DNA of 64,000 bases from Miltoncostaeaceae bacterium (GTDB taxonomy: Bacteria > Actinomycetota > Thermoleophilia > Miltoncostaeales > Miltoncostaeaceae). The position numbers were made by a program, and so were the translations under genes. A model generated the notes under the pieces. It was not told the DNA's origin and did no database searches. It worked only from the letters and a program-made list of their open reading frames with translations. Of the stretch, positions 26,002 through 35,812 are shown piece after piece; the stretch's first letter is position 1, and each line of letters opens with the position of its first letter. The stretch is from contig JAWVEV010000098.1 in assembly GCA_033856535.1 (NCBI GenBank), forward strand, positions 239-64,238. Direction: 5' to 3'.

Positions 26002-26850
26002 TCATCCCTCGTCGGCCAGCCGGCGGACCCGCTCCTCGTCGCTCGTCCTCGTGCACGTGAAGCAGGCCCCGTGCTCGGTGCCCTTCCTGAAGTACTGGCA
26101 GCAGCCGTTCCGCTCGCGGAATCGCTCGACCCCCCGGGGATGCTCGAGGCTGCGCAGACGGAACCGGCCGGTGAGCGGAGCCTCGACGCCCAGCAGCAGG
26201 TCGGCCTGCCCGAAGGCCCACTCGGCGCATCCGAGCGCCTCTCCCAGCCAGACGAGGACCCCGGAGAGGGTGTCCTCGACCGATGCCCACAGGGCCCGCG
26301 GCCCGCGCCGCGAGCGCGGCACCAGCTCGGCCACCAGGGGCGACAGGTGGCGCACCAGCCGGCGCCGGAACCAGGCCAGCAGCTCGGCCTCGGTCGCGAA
26401 GGGCAGCGCGCCCTCGGCGGCGGCGCCATCGTCGGCCTCCAGCACGCCGACCCGCGGCGCCAGATAGGCCACGCCGGCCAGCTCCGAGCCCTCCCCCAGC
26501 CGCACCGCGGTCGCCCGCGGCCCGACGTCGGGGATCCGCCGCTCGGTGAGGTACGCGCCGAGCGCCGGCGTGACCAGGGTGTGGACGTAGCCCTCGAGCA
26601 GGGAGGTGCAGACCAGCCGCAGATCCTCGCACTCGGCCTCCGCCGCGACCCGCGCGAGGAGGTCCTCGAGGAGCGCGGGCGCCAGCAGGTCGGCCGGGGC
26701 GATCCAGCCGGCGGCGGCGGGGGGCCCGTCGCCGAGGGCCAGCTCGAGGTACGGGATACCGCGGCCCGCCAGTCGCTCCAGCGTGGGGCCGAGCGACGGG
26801 CGGGCCGCGAGCGCGAGCGGCGCCATCAGGCCGTCCGGAGGGGCACGCAC
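26002..26850 (-). CDS. FhuF-like (2Fe-2S)-binding protein / ferric-siderophore reductase family
   Basis: C-terminal CCQYFRKGTEHGACFTC is the CC...CxxC cluster motif typical of the FhuF C-terminal domain. Start is GTG 26850 or ATG 26826. Confidence 0.72.
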   Translation of the reverse strand: MRAPPDGLMAPLALAARPSLGPTLERLAGRGIPYLELALGDGPPAAAGWIAPADLLAPALLEDLLARVAAEAECEDLRLVCTSLLEGYVHTLVTPALGAYLTERRIPDVGPRATAVRLGEGSELAGVAYLAPRVGVLEADDGAAAEGALPFATEAELLAWFRRRLVRHLSPLVAELVPRSRRGPRALWASVEDTLSGVLVWLGEALGCAEWAFGQADLLLGVEAPLTGRFRLRSLEHPRGVERFRERNGCCQYFRKGTEHGACFTCTRTSDEERVRRLADEG

Positions 26851-26879
26851 TGGACGGATACGCCGTTCACTGCGGAGAG

Positions 26880-26928
26880 ATTAGGGACGCCTAATGTTTG
26901 GCGCAAGGAATCCCGCAGCCCTGCGCCG
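26880..26928. promoter_or_regulatory. nested inverted repeats upstream of the FhuF-like gene (candidate operator)
   Basis: CTGCGG...CCGCAG encloses TTAGGGACGCCTAA (TTAGG-N4-CCTAA) in a locally AT-richer stretch, 30-80 nt upstream of the start. Confidence 0.3.
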
Positions 26929-26995
26929 CTCAGCCGAGTGCCGCCCCCTGCGCGTGGCGAGCCCCGGCCAGCGGCCACCAGCCCAGTCGTCGCCC

Positions 26996-27556
26996 CTACG
27001 TCGTCGGGGGCATCACCAGGGCTTCGCCGGTCAGCACCGGCTCGCCGCCGCGGCTCACGACCGTGTCCAGCACGACGCGGTTCTTCTCGGCCACGATCTC
27101 CTTCACCGTGACCGTCGCCAGGAGGCGGTCGCCCGGGCGGACCGGAGCCCGCCAGCGGAGCGACTGGGACAGGTAGATCGTCCCCGGCCCGGGCAGCTGC
27201 ATGCCGATCACGGCCGAGATCAACCCCGCCGTGAGCACGCCGTGGGCGATCCGGCCCTGGAAGAACGAGGCGTCGGCGTACTCCCGGTCGAGGTGGACGG
27301 GGTTGGCGTCGCCGGAGATGCGCGCGAACGCATCGATGTCCGACTGCGAGATCACCTTCGACATCGAGGCCTCGTCGCCGACCGCCAGATCGGCGATCGT
27401 CCGTCCGGCCGGGTACGGGCGGGCCGGCGGCGGCCCGGCGAGCGCCCGATATAGCGCGGCCGCGTCGCCCCGGGCGCCGCGCCAGGCCTCAAGGGCGCGC
27501 TCGACCGCATCGCCGCCGTTCAGGGGCGCGTGGCCCGTGGGTGCGTCTGTCGCCAT
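26996..27556 (-). CDS. phaJ: MaoC-like (R)-specific enoyl-CoA hydratase
   Basis: Hot-dog fold motifs FARISGDANPVHLD and RIAHG. Last gene of the PHA cluster. Confidence 0.82.
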   Translation of the reverse strand: MATDAPTGHAPLNGGDAVERALEAWRGARGDAAALYRALAGPPPARPYPAGRTIADLAVGDEASMSKVISQSDIDAFARISGDANPVHLDREYADASFFQGRIAHGVLTAGLISAVIGMQLPGPGTIYLSQSLRWRAPVRPGDRLLATVTVKEIVAEKNRVVLDTVVSRGGEPVLTGEALVMPPTT

Positions 27557-27592
27557 CGCTCGGACTCCTTTCCTCGCGGGCCCGGCCCGCCT

Positions 27593-28441
<849 letters not shown>

Positions 28442-28454
28442 TCTGCTGCCTCCC

Positions 28455-29639
28455 CTAGACGTCGCGCTCGACGACCATCGCGATGCCCTGCCCGCCGCCG
28501 ATGCACAGCGAGGCCAGGCCCAGGCGCGCGTCCCGGCGCACCATCTCGTGCAGCAGCGTCGTCAGGACGCGGGTGCCGGAGGCGCCGATGGGGTGGCCGA
28601 GCGCGATCGCCCCCCCGTGGACGTTGGTCTTGTCGGTGTCGATGCCGAGCTCCCGGATGACCGCCAGCGACTGCGCCGCGAAGGCCTCGTTCAGCTCGAT
28701 CAGGTCGAGGTCGGCCAGCTCGATCCCGGCCTTGGCGACGGCCTTGCGGACCGCCTCGACCGGCCCCATGCCCATGATGCGCGGGGCCACCCCGGCCGAG
28801 GCGAAGCTGCGGATGGTGGCCATGGGGATCAGGCCGAGCCGCTTGGCCCGCTCCTTCTCCATCACCACCGTGGCGGCCGCGCCATCGTTGATGCCCGACG
28901 AGGTGCCGGCCGTGACCGTGCCCTCCTTGTCGAAGGCGGGGCGCAGCTTGGCCAGGCCCTCGGCCTTCGTGGTCGGCCGGGGGAACTCGTCGTGCAGGAC
29001 CCGGATCGGGTCGCCGCGCCGCTGCGGCACGGAGACGCCCACGATCTCGTCCTTGAAGACGTGATCGCGGATGGCCCGGCCGGCCTTCTGCTGGCTCTCC
29101 GCGGCGAAGGCGTCCTGGTCCTCGCGGCTGATCTCGTAGTCGGTGGCGATGTTCTCGGCCGTCGTGCCCATGTGGCAGTCGGTCATCGCGCACCACAGGC
29201 CGTCCCGGATCATCGAGTCGACGAGCTTGCCGTCGCCCATCCGGTAGCCGCCGCGGCCCTGCTCCAGCAGGTACGGCGCGGCGCTCATGTTCTCCATGCC
29301 GCCGGCCACGATCACCTCGGCGTCGCCGGTGGCGATCGCCTGGGCCGCGAGCGCGACGGACTTCAGCCCCGAGCCGCAGACCTTGTTGATGGTCATGCAG
29401 GGCACGTTCTCGGGCAGCCCGCCCTTCAGCGCCGCCTGGCGCGCCGGGTTCTGGCCCAGGCCGGCGGAGAGGACGTTGCCCATCAGGACCTCGTCGACGT
29501 GCTCGGGGTCGACCCCCGCCCGCTTGAGGGACTCGGCCACCACCGTGGCGCCGAGCTCCGTCGCGTGGACCGTGGACAGGCCGCCGTTGAAGTTGCCGAT
29601 GGGCGTTCTCACGGCGCTGACGATCACCGCTTGATTCAC
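28455..29639 (-). CDS. phaA: acetyl-CoA acetyltransferase (thiolase II)
   Basis: GTG 29639 behind [20 protein letters not shown], active-site [11 protein letters not shown], and C-terminal [17 protein letters not shown] and CIGGGQG. Confidence 0.92.
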   Translation of the reverse strand: MNQAVIVSAVRTPIGNFNGGLSTVHATELGATVVAESLKRAGVDPEHVDEVLMGNVLSAGLGQNPARQAALKGGLPENVPCMTINKVCGSGLKSVALAAQAIATGDAEVIVAGGMENMSAAPYLLEQGRGGYRMGDGKLVDSMIRDGLWCAMTDCHMGTTAENIATDYEISREDQDAFAAESQQKAGRAIRDHVFKDEIVGVSVPQRRGDPIRVLHDEFPRPTTKAEGLAKLRPAFDKEGTVTAGTSSGINDGAAATVVMEKERAKRLGLIPMATIRSFASAGVAPRIMGMGPVEAVRKAVAKAGIELADLDLIELNEAFAAQSLAVIRELGIDTDKTNVHGGAIALGHPIGASGTRVLTTLLHEMVRRDARLGLASLCIGGGQGIAMVVERDV

Positions 29640-29673
29640 GTGATCTCCCCTTGTCCCGTATGTGTCTCGAACA

Positions 29674-30840
29674 CTACGAGGGGCGCGCGGCGCGCGCCCC
29701 CCCATCGCTTCTCCCGCCGGACCGGCCGCGGTCAGCGGACCGGCTCGAGAGCCAGTCGGTGACCTTCGGCCAGAGGCCCTTGCGGGCGCCGGAGCCGGCG
29801 AGCAGGCCGACGTGGCCGGCCGGCATGAGCAGGTAGTCGTTGTCCTTGCTGGACACCAGCCCGTTGAGGACCTCGGCCATCGCGGGCAGGACGATGTGAT
29901 CCTTCTCGCCGGCGATGTTGAGCAGCGGAACCTCGATGCGCGAGAGGTCGACGCGCTCGCCGCGGATCGTCATCTCGCCCTTCGCCAGGCGGTTGCCCTG
30001 ATAGAAGTCGGTGATCCACTGGGTGTACGCGGCCCCGGCGAACGGGACGCCGTCGTTCACCCACTTGTTCATGGCCTTCCAGCTGGTCATGTCCTTGCCG
30101 GTGAGCAGACGCTCCCACATGGTCATGCGCGCGCTGAAGTAGTTGGCGACCGGCCGCAGCATCGCGTTGCCGGTGTCGATCAGGCTGCCCGGCACGTTGC
30201 CGTAGGCCTGGGCCACCTTCCGCGGGTCGTAGTGGCGCTCGTCGAGCCACTTGCCGTGCAGCCCGGCGTCGCTGAAGTCGATCGGCGTGGTGAGCGTGAT
30301 CAGGTTGCGCATGCGCTCGGGGCGCAGGGCGGCGTGCATCGTGGACATCGTGCCGCCCATGCAGTAGCCGAACAGGGTGTACTCGTCGGCGCCGCTGGCC
30401 CGCAGGGCCCGGTCGACGGCCTTCGGCAGGTGGTCGCCGACGTAGTCGTCGTACGTCATCTGGCGGTCCTCCCACCCCGGGGTGCCCCAGTCGACCAGGA
30501 AGACGTCGTACCCCTCGCCCAGCAGGTGCCGGAAGAAGCTGTTCTCCGGCCTCAGGTCGAAGATGTACGGCTTGTTGATGAGCGCGTAGACGAAGACGAT
30601 CGGGGTCTTGTGAACCGGCGGCCGCTCGCCGCGGTAGCGGTAGAGGGTCGTCTTGTTGCGGGTCCAGACCACGTCCTTCGGCGTCAGCCCGGTGGGCGTG
30701 TCGGCGCCGAGGGCCAGGATGCGCAGGCCCTCCTCGATGCTCTCGAAGGACGGTGGGCCCGGGATGGTCCCCCACGGGGTGGGGATGCCCTCCTGGGTCC
30801 CGTTGGCCGCGGCGCGCTTGGGCGGGGTCGAGGACGCCAT
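29674..30840 (-). CDS. phaC: class III/IV poly(R)-hydroxyalkanoate synthase catalytic subunit
   Basis: 388 aa. Lipase box GYCMGG. The short (about 40 kDa) PhaC length is typical of PhaE/PhaR-dependent synthases. Confidence 0.9.
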   Translation of the reverse strand: MASSTPPKRAAANGTQEGIPTPWGTIPGPPSFESIEEGLRILALGADTPTGLTPKDVVWTRNKTTLYRYRGERPPVHKTPIVFVYALINKPYIFDLRPENSFFRHLLGEGYDVFLVDWGTPGWEDRQMTYDDYVGDHLPKAVDRALRASGADEYTLFGYCMGGTMSTMHAALRPERMRNLITLTTPIDFSDAGLHGKWLDERHYDPRKVAQAYGNVPGSLIDTGNAMLRPVANYFSARMTMWERLLTGKDMTSWKAMNKWVNDGVPFAGAAYTQWITDFYQGNRLAKGEMTIRGERVDLSRIEVPLLNIAGEKDHIVLPAMAEVLNGLVSSKDNDYLLMPAGHVGLLAGSGARKGLWPKVTDWLSSRSADRGRSGGRSDGGARAARPS

Positions 30841-30843
30841 CGG

Positions 30844-31458
30844 CTACTCCTCCTTGGCCGGGGTTCGGGTGCTCCGCCGGCGGGCCGGCGGCTTGGCCGC
30901 GCCCGTCTCGGCGGCCGGCTTCGCGCGCGGACGGCGCGGGGCGGGCTTGGCCGGGGCCGGCTCGTCCGTCGCGGCCGGGACCGGAGTGTCCGCCTTGGAC
31001 GGGGCCGGCGGCGGCGGGGCGGCGGCGAGCTTGTCGAGGCTCGCCTCGATCCGGTCCAGCGCGTCGAGCCGCGCGGCGAGGCCGGCGATGCGCTCCTCGA
31101 GCGCGGCCAGCCGCTCGCCCAGGGCGGCCGCGGCCGGGGCCGGGTCCTCCCTGCGCAGCAGGTCGTCCGCCTGGTCGCTCACGTCGTCGACCTTGCGCTC
31201 GACGTTGATCACGAGCTGGGCGACGCGGGCGATGTCGTCCTTGGTCGGGATGTGGAGCTGCTCGGCGACGGCCTCGGAGGTCTTGCGCAGCACCTCCTGC
31301 ATCTCCGTGTAGCGCTCCATCAACCGACCGGCCGACGCGGCGAACTCCTCGGTGGAGATCGCCTGCTCGACGGCCTGGGCCCAGGCCTCGGTGGCCTGGT
31401 CGTAGCTCTGGCGCAGAACCTGGAAGGGGTCCGGCGGCTTCGGGGGGGCGTCGCTCAC
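30844..31458 (-). CDS. phaR: PHA synthase partner subunit (PhaR/PhaE-like) with a basic Ala/Pro/Lys tail
   Basis: 204 aa, 3 nt upstream of phaC. IPTKDDIARVAQLVINVERKVDDV coiled-coil motif. C-terminal PAKPAPRRPRAKPAAETGAAKPPARRR. Confidence 0.68.
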   Translation of the reverse strand: MSDAPPKPPDPFQVLRQSYDQATEAWAQAVEQAISTEEFAASAGRLMERYTEMQEVLRKTSEAVAEQLHIPTKDDIARVAQLVINVERKVDDVSDQADDLLRREDPAPAAAALGERLAALEERIAGLAARLDALDRIEASLDKLAAAPPPPAPSKADTPVPAATDEPAPAKPAPRRPRAKPAAETGAAKPPARRRSTRTPAKEE

Positions 31459-31510
31459 GGCGCTGGGCTCCTTTCGCGGGACGGTCGGGGGCCCGTGCGG
31501 GATCGCGCGA

Positions 31511-31534
31511 GGGCGCCGGCGGTTGCCGGCGCCC
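31511..31534 (-). terminator. hairpin between the phasin-like gene and phaR (candidate attenuating terminator)
   Basis: GGGCGCCGGC-GGTT-GCCGGCGCCC forms a perfect 10-bp stem, 27 nt after the phasin stop. Confidence 0.4.
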
Positions 31535-31560
31535 GCGTCACTCCCCGCGTTCGGGTCCTG

Positions 31561-31890
31561 CTAGGCCGTCTGAGCGGCCTGCGGGCGGAACACCCGGTCG
31601 GCCACCGCGAAGGGGAAGTACAGGCTGGAGAGCCCGGCGGCGAGGTAGCTCTGGACGAGCTGCTGGCCGGCCTCCTGGGTCTCGGTCAGCCGCTCGCGCA
31701 GCGTCTCGCGGAGGGCCTTGTCGTCGGCGCTCGCGGCCTTGGCCTCGTCGGCCCAGGCGCGGGCGAGCCGGCCGGCGCGCTCGTTGTAGGTGAGCGCGGC
31801 GTCCAGGCCGGCGACGTACGCCTCGCGGGTCGCCTCGTAGATGCGGCCGGCGGCCTCGGTGGTGGTCGCGGTGAAGTCGGTCTGAGCCAT
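31561..31890 (-). CDS. phaP: phasin-like small helical protein (assigned by context)
   Basis: ATG 31890 with GGGAGGT upstream. 109-aa Ala/Glu-rich helical protein between the PadR gene and phaR. Confidence 0.6.
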   Translation of the reverse strand: MAQTDFTATTTEAAGRIYEATREAYVAGLDAALTYNERAGRLARAWADEAKAASADDKALRETLRERLTETQEAGQQLVQSYLAAGLSSLYFPFAVADRVFRPQAAQTA

Positions 31891-31918
31891 GGTTCGGTTA
31901 CCTCCCGGTGGGGCCCTG

Positions 31919-32326
31919 TTACAGGGTCTCTCGGGCGGAGCCGCCCGGAGCGTTTGGGTAGAAGCTGAAGAAGCGATCGAGCATGGACTGCGAGTCGCGG
32001 AGCGCCCCGGCCCAGGTCTCGAGGTAGGCGGCACCGGCGTCCGTCAGCGAGTACATGCGGCGCGCCGGCCCGTGGGTGGAGGTGTCCCAGTCCGACTGGA
32101 CCAGGCCCTCCTTCTCGAGCTGGCGCAGCGTGCGGTAGACGCTGCCGGGGTCGGTGGCCTCGAAGCCGAAGAGCGCGAGCCGGCGCATCAGGTCGTAGCC
32201 GTAGCTCTGCCACTGCTGCAGGCAGAGCAGCAGGAACGGCTGGAGCCAGTTGCGCGGACGTCCCGCCCCCTCGACGCGCTTGGCGCCGGGGTTCGGGTCG
32301 GAGCTCGTCGGTCCGTTCGTCTCCAT
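31919..32326 (-). CDS. phaQ: PadR family transcriptional regulator (PhaQ-like by context)
   Basis: ATG 32326 (METNGP...). LLLCLQQWQSYGYDLMRRL...SVYRTLRQLEKEGLV...RRMYSLTDAG winged helix. The extra codons up to 32353 are AT-rich and atypical. Confidence 0.85.
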   Translation of the reverse strand: METNGPTSSDPNPGAKRVEGAGRPRNWLQPFLLLCLQQWQSYGYDLMRRLALFGFEATDPGSVYRTLRQLEKEGLVQSDWDTSTHGPARRMYSLTDAGAAYLETWAGALRDSQSMLDRFFSFYPNAPGGSARETL

Positions 32327-32337
32327 GTATGTGCAGT

Positions 32338-32350
32338 GTGCACCTATAGG
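32338..32350. promoter_or_regulatory. AT-rich palindromic element just upstream of the padR/phaQ start
   Basis: GTGCACCTATAGG holds the GTGCAC and CCTATAGG palindromes 12-24 nt upstream of ATG 32326. TATAGG is -10-like, which would give a near-leaderless mRNA. Confidence 0.3.
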
Positions 32351-32665
32351 CACCGGACGTCAAGTGGACCTCCAAGGAACCCGGCCGGCCGCCCGTGAAG
32401 GGGCCCGCCCCCACCCCATGGGGGGCCGGGGCGAGGTGAGGATTTGACCGTTTGGGCGGCGACCGGCGCGTCCCGGCGCCGTACCTTCTCGTCAGCGCGC
32501 CGGCGACGACGAGCGGACGGGTCGTCGTCGTCAGCGTCGCCGAAATCTCAAGCGGGCGCATTTCCGCGCCGATGCTGACTGCGTTGCACGGACGCACGAC
32601 GGCCCTTCGGAGGGGCCGGGCACGGCTCCGCCCCCGGCGGCGCCGCTCCACGGACAAGGAGAGAG

Positions 32666-33271
32666 ATGCACGGATGCCGCACGGCGGCCGCTGCCGCCGC
32701 CATGGCCATGCTGGGCGCGCTCGGCGCGTTCGCCGTCCCCGGCGCCGCCGCCCCCGCCGCCCCCGAGAGCAAGGCGCCCAAGGGCGCCGAGTCCGCCGCG
32801 CCCGCCAAGGTCCGGGTGCAACCCGGCCTCGAGCGCGCCCTGCTGCGCGAGATGAACGAGGCGCGCGCCGAGTACGGCCTCCCCGCCTTCCAGGGCAAGT
32901 CCAGCCTCCAGCACGCGGCCCGCAAGCACAGCGCCTATCTGGCGCGCCTGGGCCACCTCGACCACGACAGCGCCGGCGGGCGCCCCTTCTGGACCCGGCT
33001 GGTCAAGGCCGGCTACCCGCGCAACAGCACGATGGGCGAGAACCTGGCGCTGATCGGCGGCTGCGGCCGCCCCAACGGTTACGTCCAGCTGCGCCGCCAG
33101 GCGCGCGAGGAGTCCAACCACCGCCAGGCCGAGCAGGTGGTCGCCATGTGGCTCAAGAGCCCGGGCCACCGCGCCAACCTCTTGAGCAGGGACTTCCGCT
33201 ACGCGGGGACCGGCGTCACGACCGACGGCGCCTGCAACGCGACCATGTACACCGCGGACTACGGCGGGTAG
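32666..33271 (+). CDS. secreted CAP/SCP (PR-1-like, YkwD-type) domain protein
   Basis: AAGGAGAG SD. Signal peptide. LLREMNEARAEYGLP, HSAYLA, GENLA and WLKSPGHRANLL motifs. Confidence 0.8.
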   Translation: MHGCRTAAAAAAMAMLGALGAFAVPGAAAPAAPESKAPKGAESAAPAKVRVQPGLERALLREMNEARAEYGLPAFQGKSSLQHAARKHSAYLARLGHLDHDSAGGRPFWTRLVKAGYPRNSTMGENLALIGGCGRPNGYVQLRRQAREESNHRQAEQVVAMWLKSPGHRANLLSRDFRYAGTGVTTDGACNATMYTADYGG

Positions 33272-33296
33272 GTCCCGGGACGCACGCCCGCTTCCG

Positions 33297-33314
33297 CCGG
33301 GACGGCGGTCCCGG
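33297..33314 (+). terminator. hairpin after the CAP gene
   Basis: CCGGGAC-GGCG-GTCCCGG followed by a short T-containing stretch (AATTCTT). A third arm copy at 33272 allows alternative pairing. Confidence 0.35.
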
Positions 33315-33379
33315 TCGGCCGGCAATTCTTGAGGATGGCCTTGCGGCCCATGTGAGGCGCGTCTAAGGTGGCCCCGCGC

Positions 33380-33481
33380 ATGGGGAAGCCGAAGGCGAAG
33401 AAGAAGTGCTGCAAGTCGCGGCCTCGATGCCGCCGTTGCCCCGTCCGGCTCAAGCTCGAGGCCAAGGCCAAGCGCTCGTAG
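33380..33481 (+). CDS. unlisted 33-aa basic Cys-rich peptide (CC-x5-C-x2-C)
   Basis: MGKPKAKKKCCKSRPRCRRCPVRLKLEAKAKRS. AAGGTGG lies 8 nt upstream of the ATG. Below the ORF-track length cutoff. Ends at TAG, 7 nt from the convergent stop. Confidence 0.5.
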   Translation: MGKPKAKKKCCKSRPRCRRCPVRLKLEAKAKRS

Positions 33482-33488
33482 CGTTCGC

Positions 33489-34259
33489 TCAGGCGGCCGC
33501 GAAGACCCCCCGGCCCAGCGCCAGCGTCCCGGCCTCGAGGCCCGCCGCGAGGTTCTGCATCTTCGGCATGAGGTCCTCGACGAGCGCGCGCATGCCGGGT
33601 GGCGTCGCGCCGGCTCCGGCCAGCTGCATGCGCCTGAAGCCCTCGAGCCCCTCCGCGGTCGCGTCCTCCCAGGCCAGCTCGCGGAAGCGCGCCGCCGTGA
33701 CGAGCGCCCGTTGCTCCTCGGCGGTCCGCAGCGCGCTGATCGCCGGGTCGTCGGCCCAGGGGAGCGGGTAGCGCGGCGGCCCGTCGGGGCCGGCGAGCAC
33801 GTCGTACAGCGCCAGGCGGCCGCCCGGCGCGCACACCCGCCGCATCTCGGCGTAGAGGCGCTCCCGGTCGGCGATGTTCATCGACGCGTGCTGGGTCCAG
33901 ACCAGGTCGAACGCGCCGTCGGGGAACGGCATGTCGAGCGCGTTCCCCTGCACCACCTCGACGACCTCCGACAGCCCGGTGCGGGCCGTGAGCTCCACCG
34001 CCAGCCGGCAGAACTCCTCGGTCAGGTCGAGCGCGGTGACGCGGCAGCCGAAGCGGCGCGCGAGCAGACGGGCCGGGCCGCCGACGCCCGCCCCCACGTC
34101 GAGGACCCGCATGCCCTCGCCGGGCGCGGCCAGCTCGGCGAGCCGCAGGGTGGCGGGGCGGGCGCCGACGTGGAACTCCTCGTAGGGCTCCAGCACCTCG
34201 GGGTCGATCGGGCCGTCGGTGCCCACGGCGTCGTGGATCGCCTCGCCCAAGAGGCGCAT
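33489..34259 (-). CDS. class I SAM-dependent methyltransferase
   Basis: ATG 34259. Motif I VLDVGAGVGGPA, acidic VTALDL, and PFPDGAFDLVW. Confidence 0.82.
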   Translation of the reverse strand: MRLLGEAIHDAVGTDGPIDPEVLEPYEEFHVGARPATLRLAELAAPGEGMRVLDVGAGVGGPARLLARRFGCRVTALDLTEEFCRLAVELTARTGLSEVVEVVQGNALDMPFPDGAFDLVWTQHASMNIADRERLYAEMRRVCAPGGRLALYDVLAGPDGPPRYPLPWADDPAISALRTAEEQRALVTAARFRELAWEDATAEGLEGFRRMQLAGAGATPPGMRALVEDLMPKMQNLAAGLEAGTLALGRGVFAAA

Positions 34260-34318
34260 GGGGCCGGAGCGGCCGTAGTGGGCATCGACCGCCGCGGCGG
34301 CGGCCGGGTCCCGCGGGC

Positions 34319-34642
34319 TCAGGTCTGGAAGCTCTTTCCGCAGCCGCAGGAGGAGGTGGCGTTCGGGTTGTTGATGATGAACCCGGCGCCCTGGAAGCCC
34401 TCCTCGTAGTCGAGCTGGACGCCCAGGAGGTACGGGAGGCTGAAGCGATCGAGGATCACCCGCACGCCGGCGGCGCTCTCGATGATCTCGTCCCCGTCGC
34501 GGGGCTCGGACAGGGCCAGGGCGTACTCGAAGCCCGAGCAGCCGCCCGGGACGACCTCGAGCCGCAGCCCGGCGCCCGCGTCGGCCTCCTCGGCGAGGAG
34601 CGTCCGCAGCTTGTCGGTGGCCTGCTCGGTCAGCGTGACCAT
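34319..34642 (-). CDS. erpA: iron-sulfur cluster insertion protein (HesB/IscA/ErpA family)
   Basis: 107 aa. GGCSGFEY and C-terminal SCGCGKSF cluster ligands. Confidence 0.9.
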   Translation of the reverse strand: MVTLTEQATDKLRTLLAEEADAGAGLRLEVVPGGCSGFEYALALSEPRDGDEIIESAAGVRVILDRFSLPYLLGVQLDYEEGFQGAGFIINNPNATSSCGCGKSFQT

Positions 34643-34731
34643 GTGGCTCCTCCCTCCGTCGGCGTGTCCGTGCGCTGTGGTCCAGTGTCGCAGAGGCCTC
34701 CGGCGGCCGCAAGGTCGTTCACCCGTGAACG

Positions 34732-35277
34732 ATGTGGCGATCGGGCCGGCCCTGGTACCGTCAGATCGTGACCGCGACGGCCTCCTCGTCCACCCCCCGC
34801 CGGGGGCTCGTGGGACGCTTCGTCTACGACCGCGACGGCCGGCTGCACACCGTGCGCCTGCTAGGCGGCGTGGTCGCGGCCATCGCGCTGATCTCGTTTG
34901 CGACCTTCGCCGGCCTGCTCATGGCGGGCGCCGGCAGCCCCGCGTCGCTGGCGGTCTGGGTGCTTGCCGGCTTCATCCTGGTGAAGGTGCCGCTGCTGGC
35001 GGTGCTCTGGTGGATCCTGCTGCGCCGCGACCCGGAGCAGCGCTCGGCGGACTGGAGCACGGACGAGGCGACCGAGATCCTGGACTACCTCGAGGCGCAG
35101 GCGGCCGAGGCCGCCGGCCGCCCCGACGCCGCGGCGCGGCTGGCGTACTTCGCCAAGGAGGCCTGGTTCGTCGCCGACAACGCGGCCGACCGCGACAAGG
35201 CCAGCGCGGTCGCGGTGGCCGTGCGCATCCAGGCGATGGCGTCCGAGGTCACCGCCCGGCCCGGCTCCCCCCGCTAA
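34732..35277 (+). CDS. hypothetical membrane protein
   Basis: Two hydrophobic helices followed by a soluble helical tail. Start uncertain. Stop overlaps the convergent gene (CTAA). Confidence 0.55.
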   Translation: MWRSGRPWYRQIVTATASSSTPRRGLVGRFVYDRDGRLHTVRLLGGVVAAIALISFATFAGLLMAGAGSPASLAVWVLAGFILVKVPLLAVLWWILLRRDPEQRSADWSTDEATEILDYLEAQAAEAAGRPDAAARLAYFAKEAWFVADNAADRDKASAVAVAVRIQAMASEVTARPGSPR

Positions 35278-35717
35278 CGGCGGAGCAGCAGCACCAGGCT
35301 CACCGCCAGCAGCCCGATCGCCACGATCCGCTCGGTCGTGAGCGCGATCGACGGCAGGCCGAACCAGCCGAACCGGTCGATCAGCGCGGCCAGGAGGACC
35401 TGCCCGACGATCACCGACACGAAGGTGGCCGTGACGCCCAGTCGCGGCGAGGCGACGAGGGTCGCGAAGACGAAGACCGCCCCGCAGAGACCGCCCAGGT
35501 AGGCCCACCACGGGCCGCCGCCGAGCTCGGTGAGCCGTCCCGCGTCGCCCGCCACCACCAGGGCGCCGAACAGCACGACCGTGCCGATCAGGAACGACAC
35601 GAACGCGCTGCCGACCGGCGAGCCGAGGATCACGCGCAGCCGCGCGTTGATCGGCGCCTGGGCGGCGATGAGCGCGCCGCCGACCAGTGGCAGGGCGGCG
35701 TACAGGATGCGGGTCAC
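35274..35717 (-). CDS. DMT-superfamily small transporter (DUF606/YdcZ-like)
   Basis: 147 aa, 5 TM. LIAAQAPINARL motif. Confidence 0.78.
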   Translation of the reverse strand: MTRILYAALPLVGGALIAAQAPINARLRVILGSPVGSAFVSFLIGTVVLFGALVVAGDAGRLTELGGGPWWAYLGGLCGAVFVFATLVASPRLGVTATFVSVIVGQVLLAALIDRFGWFGLPSIALTTERIVAIGLLAVSLVLLLRR

Positions 35718-35812
35718 GGGGCGGCCTCCGTGTGGGCGGACGGGCGGGCCAGACTAGAACGGCTCGTCGCCGGCAGGACCGGCGCCGGAACAGCCCTTAC
35801 ACTGGCGCACCC

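Noticed and set aside
26891-26904. Calling TTAGGGACGCCTAA a bona fide IdeR/DtxR iron box.
   Set aside because: The canonical box is a 19-bp palindrome (TTAGGTTAGGCTAACCTAA type). Here the half-sites are only 4 nt apart. It is kept only as a generic candidate operator.
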